In this document: positions 9,846-21,950 of the stretch, in pieces
Numbering within the stretch: the stretch's first letter is position 1
Layout of the letters: every line of letters begins with the position of its first letter
Origin: the human T2T-CHM13v2.0 reference genome, Homo sapiens
Length of the DNA stretch: 64,000 nt
NCBI RefSeq assembly: GCF_009914755.1
Contig: NC_060929.1
Strand: one strand, 5' to 3'
Made by a program: the position numbers and the translations under genes
Notes under the pieces: model-generated
Seen by the model: the letters and a program-made list of their open reading frames with translations, nothing else
The model's database searches: none
Told to the model about the DNA's origin: nothing

Positions 9846-12800
9846 CCCTGATTTCACTGTTGCATGACTGAATCTTTGGGGAGAGAAGGGCCATAATTAG
9901 GGCTTCTTTTTCTGCTCACCATAACCCATTTAACACACCAGTTTCCCTTCTGCACCTTGAAACTAAGAACCTAGTTGATTTGGGGATTTTAATGTGCTGA
10001 TGTGATATTGTAAATGACCAAAATAAATTACATTATTGATATCTTCTACAGTGATTCTCATCCTTGAATACAACCTCTGAAATAATATGCACATTTTTAT
10101 GCATGTATAAATACATGCCCTATTTTTGAGTGAGGCTTTTATATGTTTCAACATATATTTGAATATATGTTTAGAAGTCCAACATATATTTGAATATTTG
10201 AGAATATAACATATTCTCAAAAGCATCTATAACCCATCAGCGATCACTATCATAGATTTCAAGTTCTTCCATGAGATTCTTATCTAGTTAGTCTTATATA
10301 AACTTTATGCTATAGAACCACACAATGGTGACAGGTAGACTAGTGATGTCATTTGGTTCCATTTCTTGAAGGTCATTTTTTTTTTGGCTATCATTATTTA
10401 GAAAAATGACACATTTTCAGATTAACCATAAGCCTCCATGCTCCTTTCACGGCCCTCAGAAACCTTTGGTGTGTCTTTGCGGGGACAGGAGACAAAGCCT
10501 GTCTCACTTCAGATTTGAGGGTTTTGTTATCATAGCAATTATGTTCTCTCCTAAGGTTTGTACACACGAAATTACTACCCGCTGCTCCCACCAAACCACA
10601 CTGACTCCTCGGAATATCTACAGATTCCTTTGGTGGTGGCAGGGAAATTTTTTAGCAGAACACTGATGATACCTGGCTTTTTTCTGCTTTATGGTTTAGG
10701 GCATTTATAATTTAGGGTAAGAAGATAAAAACATTTAACAGAGTGGAATTCAGCCAATGGCCCAGAATGTGGCTTTTATGAGTACAAGTTCAATCAACCC
10801 TTTTAAAGATCAACCTTTTTTTCCTCCCTGACTTTTGCTTTGAAAGTTTATGTGAAGAGGACTCTTGGTTTAACAATACTCACTAAAACATTTCAACAAA
10901 GAGAGGAAATAAAACAATAAAAAAGAGAAGATCAGGCATAAATTAATATAGACGTATTGCCTGACAACATGCTGCTGTGTTTGAAAGATGTACTTCTGAC
11001 CTTTGTGACCCAGGCTTAAATTGGAGTTTGGGGGTGAAAAACTGGAAAAGAGGTAAAGGAAATGATTTCTAATGTCATACAGATAAAACAACAGGGCTCT
11101 CCTCCGGTCTTCCCTTTGGTGAGGCTTGCTGAAGCGAAGAAAGAATCAGGTATTAGAACAAATGAAACTGTGAAAATGGGTCGGAATTAAAGCATGCCTA
11201 GAGGAGTTTAGCGAGCTTCCCTTTGGGAGACCAAATTTGGAAACAACCCTTGGGACAATGTGTAGTTGGCTTCTCTGCCATTCACCGTAAAAAAGCACGT
11301 GGGTCTTCCTGGACTGATGAGCTGAATGTGGAGCACAGCAATGTGTCCTATATGGAGAAATAACCGGAATAAAAAAGAAACATGAAATCCAAATCGACAA
11401 TCCAGCCCCTGGCTAGAGATTAAGTTACAGAATTAAACAGATTGTGACTAGAAAGTCCAATTGTGTGAATAGGAATTGCAGTTGGGAATAGAAACCACAA
11501 AGACAGGCCAATCTGCCTTACAATGGTGGTGTTTCCTTTCAAGGCTGACTGTGAGTCTCATTCTAGTGTATCAAATCATGTTTGAACATTTCTGGGAGAA
11601 CTCACCTTATGTCTTCTGCTAAACAAATCCTTGCTGTTGTTGTTGTGATGTGAATAACTAACTTCTCCTCTCCACCCGCCATGTCTTCAGACACACAGTT
11701 GTCATTCAATTGGGTTTTCTTGGTCTCAGAGTCATTCGCAGGTTAGTACAGAGATGCTACTCTAGTTTCACTTTGTTTTTAAGCAGTCATAAGAGATTGG
11801 TTCTAATGCTTGGATGCCTCTGTTCTGGTAGACATCAAAATGTGATTTCAGCATCCATTTCAGATAATCTGTTAGAATCAAGGTCTCAGTGAAGTGCTTT
11901 CTGATTTGACAAAACAGGTCATAATGAGTGACCTGACTTTTAGGAAGCCATGGCAAAAGGGAAGACAGGGAATGGATAATGTTGGTTCTCAAAAGGCTGC
12001 CTCCTCTGATGCTGATTAAGGGCATTGGCCCAAAGAGCAATCCCTCATGTTAGGAGCAGCAATGACAGGTATATTTTAAGGTATTCGCTTGCAGTTATAT
12101 GAGACATTTGGTGATCTTGCATCTTAGCTTTACATGACAGATGTTTGGGTCCTGAACTCTTCTCCAATGTGACCAAAATAGTGAGACTTGGGGTCTGGAT
12201 GGCATTTGTTTTTGTCTACTCTGAGCCTAAAGGTAAGAGGTTAGAGCTGACTGTCACCTGGGGTCTCTCTCCTCCCTATGATGTGACTCTACAGTCCCAT
12301 CAGCATTAGCTATTTCGACCTCCTTCTCTTCTCCCTCCTACTCCTTGTGTTCCTCCTCCTCTTTTCAGCTGATGTAAGTTGAATTGAAAAGTTAGCAGCA
12401 GTGGATTTCTCATTCAATCTGTTCTCCGGGGAGCCTGGTTGTTTTGAATTCACAACCATCTCCCACCCTCCTTCCCATTATAAAGAGGGAAAATAATTGC
12501 TGCTGTTCTGATTTTCCAAGAACAGGTGAAATACATTCTGTCGTGACTAAAACACCCCGAGCCATAACTTTTGAGGCTATTTCACATTTCTCCCCCTGGC
12601 AGAGGCTGTTGTGTTTTGTTACAGCAGCGTCAGGAGTTGTTATTAGAGTGTTATGGAAACCAGGTGTTAGAGCTGATTAGTCACTAATCTTCCATCTCTG
12701 GGAGCTTGGCTTCAATCTTCTCTTCATCAGAATCATTCTGTTGCATTAATTTATTCATCCCAGCTCTAAGAACCTTGTCAAATCAACATGGTGGTCTCTG

Positions 12801-14115
12801 CTGGGTCCCTAATGCACTATAGCCCAGATCACAAACCTACTATATGACACATAATTCAGGATAATTGGCAGTCAGTGCTCAAACAGCCCTGTGATTAAAT
12901 GGGTATGGAGATTGAAATAGCCTCTCACCTATTAGAAGGTAGTCTCGCTAGGCCAATGCCGTTCTTCAGCGCGGGCTGCTGCTGGAAAGGGCTGCATGAC
13001 TTTTCCAGCTTTATGTGGTTTGTGATTGATGAGATAGCACTTCTTTTTCCTCTTAATATTTTACCTCTCAAAACACGAAATGAGCCACTTAACTTTGTAT
13101 TTCCTTTTTTAGACTCTATCTCAAGTCTTCATTAGTAAATCTTAATGACTGCTAAAATTATAGGAAACCCTTCACTCAGTATAAAAGGGAAAGAGACCAT
13201 TTTTTTCCCTTTTTATGTTGCTTTTGCAAACAGCTCACTTTTGACAACAAACTGTTTATAAAGCCATAAAGAAAAGAGTTTGACAAGGTTTTTAATTTTT
13301 GATAAATACTGTGACCAGTTCTATGTACCTTGAAATGATTGTTCCTGATGAAAATAATTTAGCACAGCCAGAAGGAGTCTTTAGGTGGTAACAAAAGCGC
13401 AGTTGATACTCACTGCGAACATTGTTTCTTAGCTATGTTTGGACTTTAAGATTATACGAATAATATGCATTTGAAAATTTGGACGATCGAGACAAATAAG
13501 ATGATAAAAAATTATCCAAGATATCAAACTATGCAGGGAGAAATTATTCAGCATATTTGCTTCCAATTTTTTGTCTACATTTTGTACATTTTTGTGGATT
13601 AAACTGTGAATGACCCAAAGGTCCGTGATGTTTTTGTTCCACTGAGGCTTATTTATTTGCATTTTAACACTTTTTTCCTGTTATCCTCTATTCATTTTCA
13701 TGTATGCAGTAATTCACACCATAAAAAGTTTATTTTAATCATTCCTCACCTCCTTCCTGGAAAATGACCACAGAAATAAAGCCACTTTCTACAGTTTGAG
13801 ATGGAAGTGACAATACAGTCAAGCAGCCAAAAATAAATAAATAAACTGATGACTACTAGCCAGAAATCTACTTTTTAAACTACTGTAGTTATAGAATCAC
13901 TCATAGTGTGAAAAAGACCGTTAAGTTTTCCATTTCTATTTGTTACGTAGTGTGGAAGAAAAATATCTACAGTTGTAATATTTGTTAATTTGGTTTCCCA
14001 AAGCCACAAAATACAATTTAGAGGTACAATTTATTATTTTTGAGTTGTAGCAGTTTTTAAATTTAATGTTATAATTTGCACACTGCCAAATCACAGCAAA
14101 ATTAAACAGTATGTT

Positions 14116-14396
14116 TCTTTTTTCTCTCTTCCTTTCTCTCTTTTCTTTTCTTTTTCCTTCCTTCCTTCCCCCTTTCTTCCTTCCTTTCTCTCTTTCTTTC
14201 GTTCTCTCTTTCTTTCTTTCTCTTTCTTTTCTTTCTTTGTTTTGTTTTAGAGAGACAGTCTCGCCCTGTCACCCAGGCTGGAGTGCAGTGGCATGATCAT
14301 AATTCACTGTAACCTCAAACTTCTGAGCTTAGGTTATCCTCCCACCCCAGCCTCCTGAGTAGCTATGATTATAGGTGCCAGCCACTGCACCCAGCT
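14116..14396 (-). mobile_element. Alu monomer (FRAM/AluJ right arm) with the tail expanded into a (CTTT/CCTT)n repeat
   Basis: gagacagtctcgccctgtcacccaggctggagtgcagtggcatgatcataattcactgtaacctcaaacttctgagc...cacccagct is a J-type right arm. A ~135-bp pyrimidine repeat at 14116-14250 sits in place of the poly-A tail. Confidence 0.88.
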
Positions 14397-15834
14397 CTTG
14401 AGTAGCCATATATTATTTTATCAAATGAAAGTACCAAAATTTAAATACCCAGTGCCCTATTTGAGACCATATTTCTTTTTCTTTCTTTTCACTGTTAAAA
14501 ATAATACCATATCAGGTACCTTGAGATATAACTTTATATTAATAATTTAGATTATTTGCATAGTATAAATTATCTGAATTAGAATTTATTGAGGCATAAT
14601 AGTCCTATGAAAGTCTAAAATTTAAAGAAAGTTACTTGAAATGAACTCATAAAACTCCTAATAGGGCACCTTTAACTTAAATTCTGTCCAAATTCTTCAA
14701 AGCAAGCTGGCTTTGAATTTTCTGTATTTGCATGATGGGATGTCTTTGTTTGAGTCCTCTTTGTCTAATTGAACTGGAAACTTTATTAGACAGGTAAGTC
14801 TCAGATCTTGGAGCTGGAGAGTCACAGCCCTCCATTGACAAGAGTATAATGGGTATAAATAAACATAATAATGGTTTCCCCAGTCTAATGTACAAATTCT
14901 ATAATTTGGGATTTTTAAGATATGGCAGGGGATGAGATATCAAGGATGAGAAAATACTTTTCAGAACAGGACCAGGGTTGTTTTGAAAGCTTTAGCTCCC
15001 TTTAAGGTGAAGGTCCCCTCTACCTCTCTATGAAGCTTCGCATCCCCTCTTCCTAAGCCTCATTGAGATGTGGGTCATAGCAAAGGTGTAGTGAGAGAGA
15101 AATTAGATTGGTGGGAGGGAAATTTTACAGTCCTTATATGTTTGGAGCCTTGAAAACCTTTGCAAAAGTCTTTAACATTGAGCCAAGCTGGAATCTGTAT
15201 TTTGCTTGATTCTCATAGTGTGATGTAAAACGGGTGTCTAATAAAATCTCCAAGGGTACTTTTTACTTTACTCTAGGTTTCTAAGAACCATGGTATCAGG
15301 AGAAGAGAGAGCCAAGGAGCCATAATACAATTTCTAGGTCTAAAACTACAAGTATTTTGAAAGCTTACTGGCTTTCTCCTTTCTATGCTTTTCTTTTCTA
15401 CACTCTCATCTGCAGTGTTGAGGGGGCCCATTTCACCAATTCATGCCAATCGGGACGTACTCCTTGTTTGAAAGTTGCTAACGAAACAGGTGGACAACCT
15501 ATTTCCTTTCTATTATTATTCAAAGCTTGATTATTTTTGTATGAACTTATTAATCATTTGTGAAATACATGCTGCTTTACTTTTGTTAATTTGCATATAC
15601 ATGTGTTTAAATGACCTTTGTTATCTTTCGTTGTGTAACTGGTAAATATTTTCTTGATTAATTTTTGTTTTCATTTATTTTGTGTTTTGAGCACATTAGT
15701 ACATCAATTAATGGTGCTGGGACAATTTGTTTATCCTTGGGAAAAAAGAAACTTTGATATATATTCATGCCTGTCAGGAAAGGAAATTCTAGAAAGGTTA
15801 TAAAAAATTCAACAAGTTAATATTATACCTAGGA

Positions 15835-15975
15835 ATATATATATACACCCACATAATCACACACATATATATACACACACACATACATATATGTTACATA
15901 CAGCATATATGTTATCCACAAAATAATATTTCATTTACAAAATAACATGTATATGTCATTAAAATATATATATGT
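15835..15975. repeat. (TA)/(CA) low-complexity tract
   Basis: Interrupted TA and CA runs, seen directly. Confidence 0.85.
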
Positions 15976-16258
15976 TGTTTTGTGAATCGGATAGATTGGT
16001 TGACTGCAACTTCTCTTTCTGATCATTCCCAGAAAGCTTTGTTTAGTATCCCATTTCTTTCCTGTGGCTAGGACACATGTGTGTCCAAGTTCACTTAAAG
16101 TGAGCAGATTTCTCAGGGAGCCGCTAAGATCTCTAACCCCTTGTATACATGCTCTTTCTGATCTGTGCCCTGTGAGTGTGGATTAACTTTATGAGCATCA
16201 TTATATGAATTTTACTGTCATCTTTCCTTAGATGAAAGGCATGCATATTAGAACAGGG

Positions 16259-16460
16259 AAAAGTGGTTATTTTAGTACTGAGGAAAGGAGTGTAGGTAAG
16301 GTCTATACAGAACAGGGCAAGAGGGCCAAGAGCAATGTAGGATACCACTGCATGAGACTATACGGTTCTACAAAAGAAGAACCACATTAGGGGTGATCTA
16401 TTGATTTCAAAGACTTGAAAATGCACTCCCAATAGAATCAGGTAGGCAATTTTTTTAGGT
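16259..16460 (+). repeat. Local direct duplication, copy 1 (~200 bp)
   Basis: Aligns essentially without gaps to 17116-17318 (offset 857 bp). Confidence 0.97.
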
Positions 16461-16959
16461 GTGCTTACAATACAATGAAGACATAGTGAGACTCAAAACT
16501 TGTTAAAAATTCTCTTACTCCAATAGTACTTGAATTCTCACTTTTTCACACAGAAATAACATGACAAGGCAGCAGGGACAGGGAAGGTGATCTTGCTGGT
16601 ATACTGACATGTTGCCGGATCCATTAGCAACTTCCGTACATGACTTCACAGTATTGAAAGGAATAATCTCATTCTCAAGGAAAAATCTTTAGCAACTCAA
16701 CTCTTACTGTTAACATTATAAAATACTTTTTGTATAAATATCATTTGAAGCTACTCTAGGTACAGAAAGCTGTGTTCAGTGCTCCACCTCCTTCCTCTCA
16801 TCTTAGTGTGGGCAGAACCCATACAACCTTGATGGCTTTTCTGCTGAGTCTGGGTAGCAGTACCAGGGTCCATTCAACACAGTGATTCATGGAGCAACTA
16901 CCAGTGGATTCGTGTTGATACAAGACATGAATTTTTTGTGTGTGTGTATTCTTGTGTCT

Positions 16960-17090
16960 CGATTTACGTGTGAAGAAATGAAGAACTCTCTATGTAGGGT
17001 AAGGGAATTCCTTAAATGCTCACAGCTAACTAGAGGCAAAGCATGGTGTGGAAACCTAGTTTCCAGGCTGCTAGCCCAGCATACACTTAT
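16960..17090 (-). mobile_element. MIR fragment between the two duplicated copies
   Basis: gatttacgtgtgaagaaatgaag...ctcacagctaactagaggcaaagcatggtgtggaaacctag resembles the MIR reverse complement. Confidence 0.55.
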
Positions 17091-17115
17091 AAGAGCCAAA
17101 CACAAATGACCACAC

Positions 17116-17318
17116 AAAAGTGGTCATTTTGGTACTGGAGAAAGGAGTGTAGGTAAGGTCTATACAGAACAGGGCAAGAGGGCCAAGAGCAATGTAGGAT
17201 GCCATTGTACAAGGCTATATGGTACTACAAAAGAAGAACCACATTGGGTGTGATCTATTGAATTCAAAGACTTCAAAATGTACTCCCAATGGAGTCAGAT
17301 AGGCAATATCCTTCAGGT
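17116..17318 (+). repeat. Local direct duplication, copy 2 (~200 bp)
   Basis: Aligns to 16259-16460. The 61-bp block 17140-17200 is identical to 16283-16343. Confidence 0.97.
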
Positions 17319-18424
17319 CTTTCTTCCTAACACTGAGAGAGGATCATGAAGATGGAACCCAATTCTCCTCTGTTGATTTTGCTCATATTCGCTATGGTTA
17401 GGAAATCTCACGGTACTAACCCTTTGTTGAGATGTAATAGGAAAAAAATGACTTCTGATTCTCTATGTTATGTAAGCACGCAACTTCACTTAGGAAGCTG
17501 GTAGATGATGATGCTTTTCGTGTCAGTCTGACCTAACGGGAGGTTGAGAAAAGAAGGGAAAAGATATTGCAGGACCTAAATACACACAAAGGATGTAAGG
17601 AGGGAGGCAGCAGAGAAATCTTATGTGGGATCTGTTTCCCCTTTCAGGCGAGAGTTTAGTATGAATAATGAAAAATACCTGCATTTGAATCTGCATTGCT
17701 ACCACAGTATGGAATCACAGACTGAAAACTTTTCTCTCAAAGGGGAAAATCCTGTTGATAGGGGAGGGAGGGAGCGAGGAAGAAGTGTGGAAAACGTTTA
17801 ATATATCTTGTTCACAAAAAATGTCATTTTAGTGTCAGTTCCCATTTCTCTTAAACCCATTAAGACTTGTACACCGCAGTTGTAGTCAGGCAAGGCAGAC
17901 ATCATTATACACGTTTGTTCTTGACACCTTGGGGTACATTTTCAGCATTGCACTCTTGGGAAATCACCATAGGTGTGCAATTCCTGTGACTGTTAAGTGG
18001 AAGTGTGAATCTGATTCCCCATATGCACTGGGGAAACTTAGGCAGGGGATATCTTTGTTTTCTTAAGCATTTCAGCTCACTTTAAGTGGAGACTCTGAGT
18101 TCTTTCCTTTGTTTGCAGCCTGGGGAATCTCTCCATCACATAGTTTGTAACAGACAGAAAGGGCAGGGTGGGGTGGGGACATTCTTTTCAACATATAGGA
18201 TGGCTTCTCTATTTTTTACATAAAAATTCCTTTAACCCTAGCCAGAGTCAAAGGCCCAGAGGAGATATAACTCTTTGTAGGTGTAGATTTAAATTTGAAG
18301 TTCATACTATCACTTGAGCCTATTACTGTTTCTACTTGAGGCATTATAGAATATGAGGCCTGTAAAAATAATTTTTGATCTTGTCGGTCAGCTTTTGATG
18401 ACAACAGTGACAATGAAGATGGTA

Positions 18425-18695
18425 AGAGTAATGATGATAACTACCATTTATTGAGTGCTTACTGTGTTCAAAGTGCTCTTCATGGAGCTTCACAGATAAT
18501 AGGTCAATTTGAGCTTATGTGACAGAAATTGTGCAATGTGCTTTACAGACACCATTCTTTGTCTCAGCAAACATAATTTTTTATTTTTTATTTTTATTTT
18601 TGGATGAGGAAACTGAGAGTCTCAAAGGCGAGGCACTTTGCCCGAGATTACTGGCAAAGTGAGCCGTGGGACTATTTCATTCAAGCTCAGGTTCT
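18425..18695 (-). mobile_element. MIR
   Basis: taactaccatttattgagtgcttactgtg... and ggatgaggaaactgagagtc...tttgcccgagattac match the MIR core. Confidence 0.75.
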
Positions 18696-19414
18696 TCACA
18701 TGGCATCTCTAGATAAGACTAAATCACTGTGAAGGGTGTCTCACTGCTATTGTGCCAAATGAGAAGGTTATACAAGGTGTGACCCTCACTCGTAATGAGG
18801 CCATAACAGCCGCCTACACCCTTTGCTGAAGTCTGGCACAGGATGCCAATATCACGAGAAAAATCACTTCCCTGGTGATGTCGCAAAGCATTGTGTACCG
18901 GTGACACATTAAAAAACATATCAGACTCATTTGCTTCACAACCCTTCAACTAATCAAAAATAATGGAAGACGACGCACGAAGGAAAATGCCTTCTTCCTT
19001 CCCAAAGTCTCTCAGTTTCCTCTAGTTCTACATGACCCACTTTAGGCAAGATTTCCACTAATGAACACATGAGCCAGTTTCTGAGTTCTGAATGTACATC
19101 AAAGCTCATCTAATGCGAAATTAACCTATCTTTATTACTGGAACTGTAGACTATTAAGGTAGCATGCAGAGTTACAGAATTGTACATTTGGAAGAGATTT
19201 TCATGTGAGGCACCTGTGACTTTATGAAAGCTGTTCCCCTTCTGAAATTAGGTTTTGAGTCAGGGATTAATGACGGTGAGAAGGAACAGGGGGTTGGGAC
19301 AGGGTGCAGTTTTGAAGGTCACACACTCTAACTTTTGGTCCCTGGACAAACCCATTTTAGCAAGGATCATTATCCCTAGGAGGTACTGACATTTGCAACT
19401 CAAGGAATAAAAAT

Positions 19415-19630
19415 AGTAAATGCTTCATAAATGTTAGCTCTGATAAGCACTTTCTTAGAAATTTCTCATTAATCCTCACAAAACCTCGGAAGGATGGATG
19501 CTGTTGCCATCTCCATTTTATAGACAGGGACACTGAGCCTTTGATTCTAAATTATACGGCTATTTACTAACAAAGCAAGCAGTGAGGTCTGTTAGGTGCC
19601 GAACATCACACTCTTAACTACTACGCTATA
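19415..19630 (-). mobile_element. MIR
   Basis: tctcattaatcctcacaaaacctcggaagg...ctccattttatagacagggacactgag...actcttaactactacgcta. Confidence 0.75.
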
Positions 19631-20076
19631 TCCCCATCACTTACTTCCTAAAGGGCTTAACTATTGTAGAGAATACTAGCTAGTCCGTGTGGGTTTATGA
19701 TATATTTATACTAATCCATGCAATTATAAAAATAGAATAAACACCAAGAGCAGCTGGTAGGATGTGTGGAAGAAAGCGGTAAAGGATCTCAGTGGGAAAA
19801 AGTGCCCCCACCAGAAAAGAGCTCGGTATTCTCAGCTCTTAGAATTGATTTATTAGCTGTGTACTTCTGCTAACATCTGCATTTTAAGGCAGGGGGGTTT
19901 AGTGTCCTATCTGGGAGTGGTGACATATTAAGCTATTATCAGCCATTAATAGCTTAAGTTAATGTGTCCAATTAGTACTCAGTCACCTACAAGAGACCTA
20001 AGGGAATGGTTCTTTCAGACAGAAAAGTTGGAAGCTTTTATTGAGCACATACTATAAGTCAGAAGTAGAGGAAGAT

Positions 20077-20320
20077 CAGGGATCCACAATTTTTTTCTGC
20101 AAAGGCTCAAATATTTTAGGTTATGTGGGCCATATGGTCTCTATCACAACTACTCAACTCAAGTTTGTATCATGAAAGCAGCTACAGACAACATGTACAT
20201 GAATAACGTGTTTCAATAAACCTCAAAAGCATGAATTTTAAAAGAAAATATCGATTTTAAAATAAAACTTACTGGATGTGTTCCATTGAATCTTCAGTTA
20301 CAATACCAGGCTGCAGATCT
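20077..20320 (+). mobile_element. MER58A-like hAT-Charlie MITE
   Basis: ttttctgcaaaggc...aaatattttaggttatgtgggccatatggtctctatcacaactactcaactc...gaaagcagctacagacaa matches the recalled MER58. Confidence 0.8.
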
Positions 20321-20649
20321 ATTATTTATAAATAAGAGCTATTATTACTAATGCTATCATTATTATCACTTTATAAAAGAATACATATTTGAATGCCAAA
20401 AAAATAAGAAATATCACCTAAGAAGAAATGACAATCATTTAAATTAAATAAATAATAAATTTAATTTCATAAGGGCTATTTATGCTTTATTTTTCTTAGC
20501 TTTCCACAGTCTGATCTACACACCTGTATTTGGATACCAAACCTTTTATTATTTAAAATTTTTTATTGTAAAAATGTTTAAATATATTTGAAATCAATAT
20601 TTATATAATGAAGCCCCATTTGATCATTACCCATCTTCAATGGTTACCA

Positions 20650-21014
20650 TCACTCGTTGTTTAATACTGGGGATACATTCTGAGAAATTCATTATTAGGC
20701 AATTTTGTCTTTGAGCAAGCATCGCAGAATGTGCTTACACAAACCTGGATGGTGCAGCCCACTACACACGTAGGTTATATGGTATTGCTCCTAGGCTATA
20801 GATCTGTATAGCATGTTACTGTACTGAATAGTATAGGCAATTGTAATACAATGACAAGTATTTGTGTTTCTAAACATATAAACATAGACAAAGTACAGTA
20901 AAACGTATAAACATAGGCAAAGTACAGTAAAAATAAAGAATTATAGTATTATGGAGCCACCTTGCTCTTTGTGGTCTCTCATTGACCGAAATGTCATTAT
21001 AGGGCACATAATTG
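20650..21014. mobile_element. Tigger3 (MER7/Golem) MITE inserted in an old L1M 3' fragment
   Basis: ggggatacattctgagaaat...cttacacaaacctggatggtgcagcccactacacacgtagg...gaccgaaatgtcattatagggcacataattg followed by TA. The flanks 20550-20650 and 21016-21100 resemble an L1M 3' UTR. Confidence 0.88.
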
Positions 21015-21104
21015 TATTAACCTTCTATCATATCATCTATACCTCCATTCACTCCCATCCTTGCACATAAGTGTTATTATTCATTAACAGCTTTTAGTTA
21101 GAAA

Positions 21105-21246
21105 ATATATATGTGTGTATATATATATGTGTGTATATATATATGTGTGTATATATATATGTGTATATATATGTGTGTGTATATATATATGTGTGTGTAC
21201 ATATATGTGTGTATATATATATGTGTGTGTATATATATATATATAT
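21105..21246. repeat. Compound (TA)n(TG)n microsatellite, ~140 bp
   Basis: Repeated blocks of tatatatatgtgtg type, seen directly. Confidence 0.97.
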
Positions 21247-21287
21247 GCTTTCTTACACATCTTAACTGTAAAATTCTGATCAATATA

Positions 21288-21603
21288 CAGTCATCCCTCT
21301 ATATTCGTGGGTTTGCGTTTATGGATTCAACCAACTATGGACTGAAAATATTCAGGAAAATAACAATATGAAAATAAAAATAACACAAAGTTAAAAATAA
21401 AATATAACACTTTACATAGTATATACATTGTATAAGGTATGATAAGTCACTAGAGAGGATTTGAAGTATACTAGAGGATGCGTGTAGGTTACATGCAAAT
21501 ACCATGCAATTTTATGTAAGGAACTTAGGCATCTTTGAATTTTGGAGGGGTGGGGGCATTTCCTGGAACTAATCTCCAGCGAGTACTGAGGGAGGTCTGC
21601 CTG
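21288..21603. mobile_element. MER2 (TcMar-Tigger) MITE
   Basis: TA then cagtcatccctctatattcgtgggtttgcgtttatggattcaaccaactatggactgaaaatattc...tactgagggagg...ctg then TA. Confidence 0.88.
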
Positions 21604-21799
21604 TAACTGACTGTCTCACCCATACTCCTGTTATGTCTGTAGCATATCTTGCCATACACCTCATGAGGAAGTCAATCGATTCTGGGATCTTGAATGCCAA
21701 GATTGTCAGTGAATTCAGCTAGATCCAACCTGGAGTCATTAAGGAATTGGACAGTTGCTTCATTTTATACGGTTCTACTAGAGATAGACATTATTAAAA

Positions 21800-21950
21800 C
21801 CATTTCACTAGTGCTCTCTGTAAGAGCCAAGATATATAAACTCAGAGAGATTAAGTAACCTAACAGGGACACACAGTTAATAAGTGGCAGAGCCAGGGTT
21901 CAAACCCACAGCTGTCTCCTTCCAAAGCGTGTGCTATTTCTACAACATGG
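21800..21950 (-). mobile_element. MIR
   Basis: ctcagagagattaagtaacc...acacagttaataagtggcagagccagggttcaaaccca. Confidence 0.8.

Noticed and set aside
21098-21371. ORFs rich in Y/I/H/T or C/V/Y/I
   Set aside because: These are translations of the TA/TG microsatellite.
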